Below, one piece after another: positions 37,646 through 47,411 of a stretch of 57,531 nucleotides of DNA; positions within the stretch are counted from its first letter, which is position 1; every line of letters begins with the position of its first letter. The DNA comes from Candidatus Uhrbacteria bacterium (GTDB lineage: Bacteria > Patescibacteriota > Patescibacteriia > UBA9934), in assembly GCA_943357745.1 (NCBI GenBank), contig CALRGN010000001.1, positions 1 through 57,531 of the forward strand. The letters are read 5' to 3'. A program made the translations under genes and the position numbers. The notes beneath the pieces are model-generated. The model searched no databases. It was given only the letters and a program-made list of their open reading frames with translations, and was not told where the DNA came from.

Positions 37646-38322
37646 AGATGGTACTGACCATGCAAAACATCATTAGAAACCTTGCCGTCCTTGAGAGTAA
37701 TCACTCGCCGGCGCAAACGATTGACAATCTCCCGATCATGAGTAACTAATAATACTGTAGTTCCGAATTCATTTATTTTCTTTAGGAGCTCAATGATCTC
37801 CCCCGCATTAATGGCGTCCAGGTTACCGGTTGGTTCATCCGCTAACAAGATTTTTGGCCGATGCGCTAATGCTCTAGCAATTGAAACTCTCTGTTGCTCT
37901 CCACCAGAAAGTTGATGCGGATACCGGTTTGCAACTCCGGTTAAATTCACAATTTTCAAAACTTGTGGCGCAATTTCCAAAATTTGCCTCCGGGTGGTTC
38001 CGGATACTTCAAGGGCGAACGCAACATTTTCATAAGCAGTTCTATTGGGTAACAATTTGAAATCCTGAAAAACCACTCCCACCTGTCGTCTTAAATCCGG
38101 CACCTCTCCCCTTGAAATCTTGTTAATTTCCCAGTCACCTAATTTAATTTTTCCTGATGTTGGTTTTTCCTCTGCCAACAACAATTTGCCAAGAGTAGTT
38201 TTGCCAGAACCGCTTGCACCCACAATAGAAACAAATTCCCCTGGTTTAATATGAAAACTAACCCCGTCTAAGACTTTAATTTTTGGCGGGTAAACCTTAA
38301 CTACATCTTCAAAAGTAATCAT
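37642..38322 (-). CDS. ftsE: Cell division ATP-binding protein FtsE
   Basis: GASGSGKT, VVFQDFKLL, LSGGEQQR, ADEPTGNLD. Confidence 0.95.
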   Translation of the reverse strand: MITFEDVVKVYPPKIKVLDGVSFHIKPGEFVSIVGASGSGKTTLGKLLLAEEKPTSGKIKLGDWEINKISRGEVPDLRRQVGVVFQDFKLLPNRTAYENVAFALEVSGTTRRQILEIAPQVLKIVNLTGVANRYPHQLSGGEQQRVSIARALAHRPKILLADEPTGNLDAINAGEIIELLKKINEFGTTVLLVTHDREIVNRLRRRVITLKDGKVSNDVLHGQYHL

Positions 38323-38362
38323 GCCTAGATTATAGCAAAATTTTATCGGTATGTCAGAAAAC

Positions 38363-38392
38363 AAAAACGCGCCCCCTTTCCGGGTGACGCGC
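38363..38392 (-). terminator. Intrinsic terminator
   Basis: Minus strand gcgcgtcacccggaaagggggcgcgttttt, just after the orphan ORF stop. Confidence 0.65.
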
Positions 38393-38411
38393 TACTTACG
38401 CCGAACGCCGA

Positions 38412-39005
38412 TCAATCAGGAAATTCCAAGTAACACGGCCGATTGCCACAACCATAGTTATGCCAATATGATCCTCCGCTTTCTGAGGAATGAAGCGTAA
38501 AGGTTTGAAGAGCAATTCCCGGAATGCTGATTGTGCACTCCGTAGTCACCCTCTCAGGACCAGTCACTTCTTTATAGCAAGTGATGCTTCCGGTGGTACC
38601 AGTCGTACTGGCAGTCCTGGTACCACAACGCAACCGCACTGGCTTAGTCAAGGCCAATAACGCCGACGGAACCGAACCTGGCGATACGACCCCCTTAATA
38701 GTGAGTGGCCATCCAGTAAGCATTGTTTCCGTAGCTCGCTGAACACTCTCACCATCAGCAGAAGCTACCGCCATCAAGGTAAAATCCCCCGAGACAACGG
38801 ATTCTCCGCTGGGGACTCGGTCCGATACTCTAATCCGCTGTTGCCCTAGCTGGTAACATCCATCTCTGTCAACGGCCGGCAATACCCTCACAATCCGAGT
38901 CAACGCTACCGCCAGACGCTCCAAGTGGGTGCTAAATCCATAGGCAACCAAATCTCCCGGTTGTGCCCGCCGGAGATCCAAACCAAAATATGAACGATCA
39001 GTCAT
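38412..39005 (-). CDS. Orphan hypothetical protein (197 aa)
   Basis: AAGGGAG SD before ATG 39005; TTGCTA-17-TAGGGT promoter candidate (39028-39056); downstream terminator. Confidence 0.65.
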   Translation of the reverse strand: MTDRSYFGLDLRRAQPGDLVAYGFSTHLERLAVALTRIVRVLPAVDRDGCYQLGQQRIRVSDRVPSGESVVSGDFTLMAVASADGESVQRATETMLTGWPLTIKGVVSPGSVPSALLALTKPVRLRCGTRTASTTGTTGSITCYKEVTGPERVTTECTISIPGIALQTFTLHSSESGGSYWHNYGCGNRPCYLEFPD

Positions 39006-39081
39006 GCAATCTCCCTTGTGGGCAATAACCCTATCAGAAAATCCAATAAATAGCAAATCCTGCTATAATTGTAAAGACTAT

Positions 39082-39543
39082 ATGACCATTGGCCAAAACG
39101 CCCCAACATTTTCACTCCTAGATCAAAACTCCATCCCCCACACCTTAACCGACTATCGTGGCCAGTGGGTTTTGCTTTATTTTTATCCTAAAGATGATAC
39201 CCCGGGTTGCACCAAGGAGGCTTGTGGGTTCCGAGATTCATTTGCCCAATTCAAAAAGAATAACGCCGTGATATTGGGAGTAAGTCCCGATAGCGTCAAA
39301 AGCCATGATAAGTTTCAAGCTAAATACGCTTTGCCGTTTCCCTTACTATCAGATTCAGAAAAAACGGTCGTAAAACTCTATCAGGTTTGGGCACCCAAGA
39401 AATTTATGGGTCGAGAATTTATCGGCACCTTGCGGTCTTCTTTCCTAATTGACCCCACCGGAAAAATTGCCAAGATTTATGAAAAAGTTAAACCAGACGG
39501 TCACGCCACCCAAGTGCTCTCTGATATCAAAATCCTAACATGA
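39082..39543 (+). CDS. bcp: Peroxiredoxin Bcp/PrxQ
   Basis: YFYPKDDTPGCTKEAC motif; TGcTATAAT 12 nt upstream. Confidence 0.95.
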   Translation: MTIGQNAPTFSLLDQNSIPHTLTDYRGQWVLLYFYPKDDTPGCTKEACGFRDSFAQFKKNNAVILGVSPDSVKSHDKFQAKYALPFPLLSDSEKTVVKLYQVWAPKKFMGREFIGTLRSSFLIDPTGKIAKIYEKVKPDGHATQVLSDIKILT

Positions 39544-39550
39544 TTTTTAG

Positions 39551-39769
39551 CTAATGATAATCTTGCCGGCCGCTCATCAGCGTACGGGCCCTCACCAGCC
39601 CTTCTTCCGGCGTAATTTTTCCCTCGCCCACTTTAGCAATCAAGTCAGTTAAACTCTCTCGTTCAGTATCCCCTGCTCCCGTAACCGCCAAGTCACCAAG
39701 CATCGCCGTGATTTCCAGCACGGCCTCATTGATAGTAGGATTTCCCCGTCCTGATTCAAATTTAGACAT
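39551..39769 (-). CDS. Small hypothetical protein
   Basis: 72-aa helical ORF ending RQDYH, downstream of the tRNAs. Confidence 0.6.
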   Translation of the reverse strand: MSKFESGRGNPTINEAVLEITAMLGDLAVTGAGDTERESLTDLIAKVGEGKITPEEGLVRARTLMSGRQDYH

Positions 39770-39829
39770 AAAAATAAATATATAGTTTTCCCCAACCAAA
39801 CTACAACGGGCTCTAAACCTTTTAATTGA

Positions 39830-39902
39830 AGCCGATGGTGGGAATCGAACCCACGACCTCTACTTTACGAAAGTATTGCTCTACCAGCTGAGCTACATCG
39901 GC
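39830..39902 (-). tRNA. tRNA-Thr(CGT)
   Basis: GCCGATG acceptor stem, GCTCAGCTGGTAGAGC D-arm, loop TTCGTAA, GGTTCGATTCC T-arm; CCA not encoded. Confidence 0.93.
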
Positions 39903-39943
39903 AAAAAAACAACTAACCTCTAAGACCAAAAACTAACGGGATT

Positions 39944-40017
39944 TGGAGCGGAATACGAGAATCGGACTCGCGTCTTCAGCTTGGGAAGCTGACATACTAC
40001 CATTGTACTAATCCCGC
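39944..40017 (-). tRNA. tRNA-Gly(CCC)
   Basis: GCGGGAT/ATTCCGC acceptor stem, TCAGC-TTCCCAA-GCTGA anticodon arm, T-loop TCCGATT, encoded CCA. Confidence 0.92.
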
Positions 40018-40070
40018 CTAAATTGTAACCGATCGTATTTTATCGTGATAAAACAATTATTACAAATCAA

Positions 40071-40916
40071 TCAACCTTTTAAACGCCATCTAATTTTTGG
40101 GGACCAAATTCTTTGGGTCCCAAATTGCGTTTTAAATAGCGAATATCCAGGGGTTACATACCAACCCAATGGCCAGGGATACCATTGCGATAACTCTCCA
40201 AAGGAATGTGATCTCATTTCTTTTTCCAAGCCTAAATTAAACCACCAATTTATCAGCCCCACCATCCCATGTTTATTACCATGCTTCACATCAAACGCTC
40301 CGGTCAAATAGTAAGAATGTTTGAGTTCATTTAACCAACCCACCACCATAATTGCGATTGGCTCACCGGAATACTCCGCCACTAAATAAGATAGCTCTTC
40401 CGGGTTTAGTAAATGATGCTTCCTACTAAGCTCTATATAAATTTTCCTTATCCCTCTTGGCACCTGAGACCGCTTCATTAAAATCTCAAGATCTGCCTCA
40501 TCACCATATCTAAATTTTACTCCAGTTTTTTCACATTGCTTCAGCTGGCGTCTGGCAGACGCGCCCCAATTTTTTGTGACCGGTGCCGATAAAAGCGTAA
40601 CTCCTTCATATAACCTTGCCGGCAAAGAAATCCAACCTGGTATGGCCGGACTATCCAGAGTAGGCGCCCACTCTCTTAGCGTAAACCAGCTGGTACTTTC
40701 TGGCCATTGATGCGGTTCTTTTTTTAATGTAAAAGCTCTAAACCAACAAAAAATTCGGTTTTTGATCACGGTAATCACATAGCCATCTTCAATGTCTAAA
40801 ATTGGCATTACCGATCTGGCTACTCGCTTTTGCCATTTTGACGGCCAATGATTCAAAGGAAATCTTGAATCAATCGCACAGCCATCGTTAACCCACTTAA
40901 GGCGTGATAATTTCAT
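40071..40916 (-). CDS. FemABX-like / GNAT-fold peptidoglycan bridge-type transferase
   Basis: ARRQLK.....GV, YLTGAF, G..LFKTQFG C-terminal motif. Confidence 0.6.
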   Translation of the reverse strand: MKLSRLKWVNDGCAIDSRFPLNHWPSKWQKRVARSVMPILDIEDGYVITVIKNRIFCWFRAFTLKKEPHQWPESTSWFTLREWAPTLDSPAIPGWISLPARLYEGVTLLSAPVTKNWGASARRQLKQCEKTGVKFRYGDEADLEILMKRSQVPRGIRKIYIELSRKHHLLNPEELSYLVAEYSGEPIAIMVVGWLNELKHSYYLTGAFDVKHGNKHGMVGLINWWFNLGLEKEMRSHSFGELSQWYPWPLGWYVTPGYSLFKTQFGTQRIWSPKIRWRLKG

Positions 40917-41268
40917 AATCCAATCGATCGTACCAAGGCGAACCATCTATAAATCGCCATCGATTTTCTTGCCATTCAACTGGTCGGCTGTAATCTTCCC
41001 CCACCTTGGGCCAAAAATGAATTTCTCCCACTTCAGAATGCTTAATAAGATTGAAAGTAAACTTACCTTCACTTTTTAGATTAGGATAGCCATTAAGATT
41101 ATATTTATTTCCGTGAAATGTATAGAGTTGATATCCTAGTCTATCTTCACTGCGCCATCCCCACTCTCCGCTCAACTTTGTAGGACGATTAATTATGAAC
41201 AAAATTGGCAAGATTAAAAAAAACAGCAATCCAAAAAATGCCAAGATTTTAGACCACCAGTTTCTCAT
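40897..41268 (-). CDS. Hypothetical membrane-anchored protein
   Basis: N-terminal TM then beta-rich domain; overlaps both neighbours. Confidence 0.65.
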   Translation of the reverse strand: MRNWWSKILAFFGLLFFLILPILFIINRPTKLSGEWGWRSEDRLGYQLYTFHGNKYNLNGYPNLKSEGKFTFNLIKHSEVGEIHFWPKVGEDYSRPVEWQENRWRFIDGSPWYDRLDYEIITP

Positions 41269-41903
41269 ACTAGGTCTGGCTTCAACAATTCTTGATAACT
41301 CTCTCTCAACTTAGAAAGCTTTGGAGAAATCACCGCCACGCAATACCCTTGCTCCGGATTACGATCATAATAATTCTGATGATACTCCTCCGCCGGATAA
41401 AAATTAGCCAACGGTTCCACCGTGGTAACGATTTTGCCGCTAAATATCTGGTTCGTCGTTAGTTGGGCAATGAATTTTTCACTTTCTTGTTTTCCTTGGT
41501 CTGAAGAATAAAAGATTGTCGACCGGTATTGCCTTCCCACATCCGGGCCCTGTCTATTCAAAGTGGTTGGGTCATGAAGGGTAAAAAAAATAGTCAGTAA
41601 TTTTTGGTAAGAAATAATCTTAGCATCAAAAAAAACTGCTATCGTTTCCACGAAATCAGTTTTTCCGGTGGAGATTTGATCGTAGGTCGGAGAGACGCTC
41701 GGCGGGACGGTCGTCGGAGGGACGCTCGGCGGGACGGTCGGCGGGACGGTCGGCAGGACGGTCGGCGACACCATCGTCGGCGTGATTGGCACGGCAATCG
41801 CATAACCAGAGATCACTTTTTCAACACCAATCACCCGTTTAAAAACCGCATCCATGCACCAAAAACATCCGCCCCCAAAGTAGGCAATCATCAGTTTTTC
41901 CAT
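41265..41903 (-). CDS. msrA: Peptide-methionine (S)-S-oxide reductase
   Basis: FGGGCFWC, HDPTTLNRQG.D.G.QYRS, FYPAEEYHQNYY. Confidence 0.96.
   Translation of the reverse strand: MEKLMIAYFGGGCFWCMDAVFKRVIGVEKVISGYAIAVPITPTMVSPTVLPTVPPTVPPSVPPTTVPPSVSPTYDQISTGKTDFVETIAVFFDAKIISYQKLLTIFFTLHDPTTLNRQGPDVGRQYRSTIFYSSDQGKQESEKFIAQLTTNQIFSGKIVTTVEPLANFYPAEEYHQNYYDRNPEQGYCVAVISPKLSKLRESYQELLKPDLV
41685..41782 (-). repeat. GC-rich 12-bp tandem repeat encoding (PTVP)n within msrA
   Basis: gtcggcgggacg-type units; protein PTMVSPTVLPTVPPTVPPSVPPTTVPPSVSPT. Confidence 0.9.
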
Positions 41904-42028
41904 AGTAAAATCAGTATAACATAGTGCTTATTAAGACTTCTAGCCTCAAGCGGTGGACTAAAAAATTCTTACCATTTGCTCCCGCCGTTTTTGATCCAAT
42001 CTTTCTGAGCAAGACCCACCAAACTTTC

Positions 42029-42057
42029 TTGACTTTAGATTCAACTTCCGCTATCAT
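42029..42057 (+). promoter_or_regulatory. typA promoter
   Basis: TTGACT-17 bp-TATCAT. Confidence 0.7.
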
Positions 42058-42068
42058 TCCGGAGCTTT

Positions 42069-43862
42069 ATGGAATTTAGAAACCTCGCTATCATTGCCCA
42101 CGTTGACCATGGTAAAACTACTCTGGTAGACGCCATGCTAAAACAGACCAACTCTTTTGCTGATCGTACTGATCCCGGGGTTTTAATAATGGATAACAAT
42201 GAGCTGGAGCGAGAGCGCGGGATTACTATTTACGCTAAAAATACGGCCGTTGTTTACAAGGGCGTAAAGATTAATATCGTGGACACCCCGGGTCACGCCG
42301 ATTTTGGTTCAGAAGTAGAGCGAGTATTACGGATGGTTGACTCTGTTCTTCTGCTGGTAGACGCTTATGAAGGCCCAATGCCACAAACCAAGTTCGTTTT
42401 AAGAAAGTCGCTGGCGCTTGGGTTAAAACCAATCGTGGTTATTAACAAAATTGATAAACCCACCGCTCGTCCTGATGCCGTGCTAAACATGATTTTTGAC
42501 CTCTTCGTGGAGCTTGGTGCCAAAGATGACCAGCTTGATTTCAAGTATATTTACGCCATTGGCAAACAAGGAATTTCTAAACTATCCCTCACGGATGACA
42601 ATCAAGATCTCACCTCACTATTCGATTTAATTCTTGCCACTGTCCCCCCCGCCGCCAGCGATATTTCAAAACCAATGCGCTTGCAGATCGCCAACTTAAA
42701 ATACGATAACTATGTTGGCAGAATCGGAGTTGGTAGGATTGTTGAAGGTACTTGCAAAATGGGAATGACCGCCACCGTTATTAAGTCAGATGGGGTACGG
42801 TATACCGGCAAAATCAGCAAGCTCTACACTCATGAGGGTCTTCAGCGAGTAGAGGTGAGTGAAGCCTTTGCCGGTGATATTGTTCAGATTGCCGGATTTC
42901 CGGAAATTTATGTGGGAGAAACAGTCGCCGAATCAGCTACGGCTGATGCCCTCCCAACACTAGCAATCGATGGACCCACTTTGACCATGAATTTCATGCC
43001 CAATACTTCTCCCTTTGCAGGAAGAGAAGGGTCATTAGTAACTTCAAGGCAGATCAGAGAAAGATTAGAGCGCGAGTTGGAAATCAATGTTGGCTTGCAA
43101 GTTGAATTTCCCACCTCTGATGGCGAATTTAAAGTTTCTGGCCGAGGTGAAATGCATCTTGCGGTGTTAATTGAGCAGATGCGCCGCGAAGGGTTTGAGC
43201 TTCAAGTCAGTCAACCTCAAGTAATTCTCAAACAAGAAAATGGGGTTCAAATGGAGCCAATGGAAACAGTCATCATTGATCTACCAGATAATTTTGCCGG
43301 CACCGTGATTGAAAAGCTAGGAAAGAGAAAAGGGGAGATGACCAACTTAACTACAGAAAACGGTTCCACTCGGCTTGAATACACCATTCCTACTAGAGGC
43401 ATACTTGGTCTAAGAACTGAATTCATGACCGATACCAAGGGAGAAGGAACATTCTCCCACATCTTTTCTAATTACGCTCCTCATAAAGGTGAAATTAGTC
43501 GGCGTACTGGTGGTTCCATCATCTCCGGTGATCAAGGCAAAACCACCCCGTATGCTTTAGCGATGATTCAAGAACGCGGCCCGCTTTTTATAGCACCCGG
43601 AACGGAAATTTATGAAGGGATGGTGATTGGCGCCAGCATGAAGGAATCAATGACAGTGAATGCTGTTAGAGAGAAAAAGCTCACCAACATGCGCGCCTCA
43701 AGTGCAGATCATATTGTAGTAATCACTCCCGCCATAGATATGAATCTAGAGCGAGCTTTGGAATATATTGATATTGATGAATATGTTGAAGTTACCCCCC
43801 AAAATATCAGAATCAGAAAAAAGCATCTTAAAGAAACAGATCGCCGAAGGTTTGACCGGTAA
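42069..43862 (+). CDS. typA: Translational GTPase TypA/BipA
   Basis: IAHVDHGKTT, ERERGITI, DTPGHADF, GRGEMHL, KKLTNMRA. Confidence 0.98.
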   Translation: MEFRNLAIIAHVDHGKTTLVDAMLKQTNSFADRTDPGVLIMDNNELERERGITIYAKNTAVVYKGVKINIVDTPGHADFGSEVERVLRMVDSVLLLVDAYEGPMPQTKFVLRKSLALGLKPIVVINKIDKPTARPDAVLNMIFDLFVELGAKDDQLDFKYIYAIGKQGISKLSLTDDNQDLTSLFDLILATVPPAASDISKPMRLQIANLKYDNYVGRIGVGRIVEGTCKMGMTATVIKSDGVRYTGKISKLYTHEGLQRVEVSEAFAGDIVQIAGFPEIYVGETVAESATADALPTLAIDGPTLTMNFMPNTSPFAGREGSLVTSRQIRERLERELEINVGLQVEFPTSDGEFKVSGRGEMHLAVLIEQMRREGFELQVSQPQVILKQENGVQMEPMETVIIDLPDNFAGTVIEKLGKRKGEMTNLTTENGSTRLEYTIPTRGILGLRTEFMTDTKGEGTFSHIFSNYAPHKGEISRRTGGSIISGDQGKTTPYALAMIQERGPLFIAPGTEIYEGMVIGASMKESMTVNAVREKKLTNMRASSADHIVVITPAIDMNLERALEYIDIDEYVEVTPQNIRIRKKHLKETDRRRFDR

Positions 43863-43879
43863 AAGGCTCGCCTTTTACC
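43858..43879. terminator. Hairpin overlapping the typA stop codon
   Basis: ggtaaaagg-ctcg-ccttttacc perfect 9-bp stem between convergent genes. Confidence 0.6.
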
Positions 43880-43887
43880 AAGGTCTC

Positions 43888-44040
43888 TTAGTTACCCCAT
43901 TGCCACTCTTTAAAAGCCAGTCCGATTACCACTATATTTAAAATTATCAGCCACCAACTTGCCGTTCCAGAAACCACCAGCAAAACATTGATCGCAATCA
44001 AAATTAAGGCTAGATAAAGGAGACCGGAAAATTTACTCAT
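43888..44040 (-). CDS. Small 2-TM membrane protein (50 aa), not in the ORF track
   Basis: MSKFSGLLYLALILIAINVLLVVSGTASWWLIILNIVVIGLAFKEWQWGN*, starts 15 bp after the rpoD stop. Confidence 0.55.
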   Translation of the reverse strand: MSKFSGLLYLALILIAINVLLVVSGTASWWLIILNIVVIGLAFKEWQWGN

Positions 44041-44055
44041 ATTAATAATCTTTTA

Positions 44056-45483
44056 TTAGTAGTCTCTTAATTTCTGGATAATTTCTTTTTGTTGAATTTT
44101 CTCAATTGCCTTGGCTTCAATTTGTCTAATACGTTCCCGAGTAACATCAAATTCTTTACCCACCTCCTCTAGCGTATGAGAAACCCCGTCCTCTAAACCA
44201 AATCTAAGTTCTAAAATCTTTTGTTCCCTAGCGGTAAGATCTTGCATTGCTTCCTTAACATAATCTTTAAGCAATTGTCGGGCGGCCGCTTTATCTGGCG
44301 GTAGATTTTTTACATCCTCAATAAAGTCCTCTAGCTTGGAATCTTCATCATCATCACCCACCGAAGTATCTAAAGAAACCGTCTCTTGGGAGATTTTTTG
44401 AATATGTTGAACTTTATCAAGTGGCATCTCCAACTCTGCCGCCAATTCTTCAAGCAAAGGCTCTCTTCCTAGGTCTTGAATCAACCTTCGCTCTACTTGT
44501 TTAAAGCGATTAATGGTCTCCACCATGTGCACCGGAATTCTGATCGTCCGACTTTGATCTGCCAACGCTCTAGTGATTGCTTGCCTAATCCACCAAGTTG
44601 CATAAGTGGAGAATTTAAACCCTTTCCTGTATTCAAATTTTTTGACCGCTCTAAATAACCCAACATTTCCTTCCTGAATCAAATCAAGTAATGACAACTG
44701 CTTACCCACAAACCGTTTGGCAATTGAAACCACTAATCGCAAATTAGCTTCAATTAACCGTCGTTCCGCCTCTTTATCACCGCGTTCCTTTCGGCGTGAT
44801 AGTGCCACTTCATCCTCCGTGGTGAGTAAAGGGATTTTTCCAATTTCTCTAAGATACATTTGGATGCTATCTTGAGTGAGCTCTGTATTTACCGCCGATT
44901 CCGCCCTCTTCTCCACCGACATTCTAAGCTTACCAAACACCTCTTCTCTAGATTGATGACCACCCAAAAATCCTTCCTTAGACTCAACAAAATGCAAGCC
45001 CTTCTTCTCAATTGAATTTAGAAATTCTTCGAATAGATCTAGGTGATCCTCCAAGTAACCAAAACCAAACAAGACTTCATTATCCGTAATAAACCCGCGC
45101 GTCATCCCTTTTTCTAAAATTCTAGCCAAAGTTTCCGGAGTTGGCGGTGGACTTTTCTTATCCAAAACCAATTTTATTTTAATCACCGATTTGACTTTGA
45201 TTTTTTTTGCGGATTTAGTAGCAAGCGGTTTTTTTGAACTTAATTTGGGAGCAAACTTACTAATTTTGGGAGCAAACCTACTAGCTGAAGGCCGATTATT
45301 ACCCTTAGACTTATTATTAAAAGAAGCGACCGCCTTGGGAGAACTTATTTTAGGACCAGATTTATTCAACCTTGGTTTATTCAAACCAGATTTATTCAAA
45401 CTAGATTTGTTCAAGCTAGATTTCTTAAAAACTGTTTTAGTTTTTCCTAATTTTGCTTTAGTGCTCAGGTGTTTTTGAATCAT
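44056..45483 (-). CDS. rpoD: Primary sigma factor RpoD with Lys/Ser-rich N-terminal tail
   Basis: [42 protein letters not shown]. Confidence 0.97.
   Translation of the reverse strand: MIQKHLSTKAKLGKTKTVFKKSSLNKSSLNKSGLNKPRLNKSGPKISSPKAVASFNNKSKGNNRPSASRFAPKISKFAPKLSSKKPLATKSAKKIKVKSVIKIKLVLDKKSPPPTPETLARILEKGMTRGFITDNEVLFGFGYLEDHLDLFEEFLNSIEKKGLHFVESKEGFLGGHQSREEVFGKLRMSVEKRAESAVNTELTQDSIQMYLREIGKIPLLTTEDEVALSRRKERGDKEAERRLIEANLRLVVSIAKRFVGKQLSLLDLIQEGNVGLFRAVKKFEYRKGFKFSTYATWWIRQAITRALADQSRTIRIPVHMVETINRFKQVERRLIQDLGREPLLEELAAELEMPLDKVQHIQKISQETVSLDTSVGDDDEDSKLEDFIEDVKNLPPDKAAARQLLKDYVKEAMQDLTAREQKILELRFGLEDGVSHTLEEVGKEFDVTRERIRQIEAKAIEKIQQKEIIQKLRDY
45355..45423 (-). repeat. 15-bp tandem repeat (KSSLN-like, about 4.5 units) in the rpoD N-terminus
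   Basis: accagatttattcaa-type units; a second 21-bp duplication at 45241-45282 encodes [14 protein letters not shown]. Confidence 0.85.
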
Positions 45484-45486
45484 AAA

Positions 45487-47358
45487 CTAATCTTTCATTA
45501 GTGATTGAAATTTATTCATAAGGAGATCAAGTTGAGTTTGATCACCCCGTCTTTCCGCCTCCCTAATCTCCGCTTCAAGCTCACGCTTACGGAGATTTTT
45601 GGAAATTTTTATAAAATACCCTAACCCTTTTAGCATCTCCTCTTCCGCTAACTTTGGCGATAGACCGGCAAAGATCTCGTCTGTATAGAGCACGGCGCTA
45701 TCTAAGGCCTGCACGGCCGGTGATAGGGAATGCTCATCAAGATATGCCCGTAATCGTTGATAAAAATCAGTGGTGAATTCACCCTGATCGATTTGGGTGC
45801 TATTATAAACCGCTTCTCCGGCGCTGTAAAGAGTTGCCCACAACTCGGGCAAATCGGTTAGAATTGGTGATTTTACCCGCTCTAGCCAAATCGCTGGGTT
45901 TTTCACCCCCAACCCCACCCACACCGCCCCCGCCCGCCAACTTGGATCTAATTGGGACGGCTTAAATTTAGCGGCGCTGGTAGTGGTAAAAGTCGAGCTA
46001 GCTTTCACGATTGTTCTGGTTGTTTGTGTAACCATTGTTCTAAGAATATCCTGGCTCACTTGAGTAAGATCAGCTAATCGTAATAAATAGAGGTGGAGTA
46101 AGTCCGGCCGCCTAATCAGTCTAAGATAGGGGATCAAATTATCAATCAGCTTTGCTTTAAGCTCCTCTTTACCTCCGCCCGGGGCTATAACCGCTGTTTC
46201 AAAACGCTCTAATTCAAGCTCAAAGAAATAATCCACCACTGGTTTGGATTGAAGTACAATTCTTCGCCACTGTTCTGAATCCTTGGCAATTAGCTCATCT
46301 GGATCTTTTCCAAATTCTTGGGACCAACCAATCACTCGAACTTCAAGATCATCACTCAATTTAGATTCAACTTGCTGGTCATTAAAAGCATAGACTAAAT
46401 TAATCACCCGTTTCAATGCTTCATCTCCCGCCTTATCATGATCTAAACAAAAAATAATTCGCTTACAATATCTAGTCAAAAGTTTCAATTGATCATGAGT
46501 GATGGCGGTACCAGAACTACCCACCACATTCTCCACCCCCGCCCGATGGGAGGCAATCACATCTAAATTTCCTTCCACTACTATCACTTCTTGTAATTTT
46601 TTAATGGCAGTTTTGGCTAAATGAAGACCGTATAACAACTTACCTTTATGATACACCTCTGACTCCGGAGAGTTAATATATTTAGCTTGTTCAGTATCCC
46701 CACCTGGAAGTTGTCTAGCCGTGAACCCCACCACCCCACCATTCAAATCACACAAAGGGATCATTAATCTATTTCTAAATCGGTCGTAAAACCCAATTGC
46801 ATTGACCCGCTTAGAAATCAATCCCGCTTTAAGCATAGTCTCTGGTGTAACCCCCCTACCAGCCAATGCGCTAAATAATCCGGTCCATGCGAGCGGCGCC
46901 ACTCCCAATCTGAATCTCTCGCAATCAGAAGTGGTAATCCCCCTTTGTTCTAAATATTGTCTAGCAAATTCCCCCGACTCGGTGGCATTTAAGATGGCCT
47001 GATAATATTTAGCGGCTAGTTCCAAAGCCTGACTCACTAGCGCCGTGCTAGCGGTTTTAATCTCATTGGGACGGTTTTTTGGAAGTTCAACTCCAGATTT
47101 TTCCGCTAATTGTTTTAACGCTTCCGGAAAATCTATCCCTTCCATCTCCATCAAAAAAGTAAAAATATCTCCGCCCTTATCACAACCAAAACATTTAAAA
47201 ATCTGCCTCTCCTTAGAAACATGGAAAGATGGCGTTCTCTCCGCATGAAAAGGACACAAACCCTTAAATGAACCCACGCCCGATGATTTCAAGACAAGAT
47301 AGCCGGAGATTAGATCGGCTATATCCACCTTAGACTTAATTAACTCCTTTGCATCCAT
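45487..47358 (-). CDS. dnaG: DNA primase
   Basis: CPFH..RTPSF...CFGC, DRFRNR, KYINSPE, VEG.LDV, DHDKAG, KDPD. Confidence 0.97.
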   Translation of the reverse strand: MDAKELIKSKVDIADLISGYLVLKSSGVGSFKGLCPFHAERTPSFHVSKERQIFKCFGCDKGGDIFTFLMEMEGIDFPEALKQLAEKSGVELPKNRPNEIKTASTALVSQALELAAKYYQAILNATESGEFARQYLEQRGITTSDCERFRLGVAPLAWTGLFSALAGRGVTPETMLKAGLISKRVNAIGFYDRFRNRLMIPLCDLNGGVVGFTARQLPGGDTEQAKYINSPESEVYHKGKLLYGLHLAKTAIKKLQEVIVVEGNLDVIASHRAGVENVVGSSGTAITHDQLKLLTRYCKRIIFCLDHDKAGDEALKRVINLVYAFNDQQVESKLSDDLEVRVIGWSQEFGKDPDELIAKDSEQWRRIVLQSKPVVDYFFELELERFETAVIAPGGGKEELKAKLIDNLIPYLRLIRRPDLLHLYLLRLADLTQVSQDILRTMVTQTTRTIVKASSTFTTTSAAKFKPSQLDPSWRAGAVWVGLGVKNPAIWLERVKSPILTDLPELWATLYSAGEAVYNSTQIDQGEFTTDFYQRLRAYLDEHSLSPAVQALDSAVLYTDEIFAGLSPKLAEEEMLKGLGYFIKISKNLRKRELEAEIREAERRGDQTQLDLLMNKFQSLMKD

Positions 47359-47411
47359 TTTAAATTTTCAGCCCTATTAAATATCCGTTAAACCGGTAAA
47401 TCCTTCAATCC

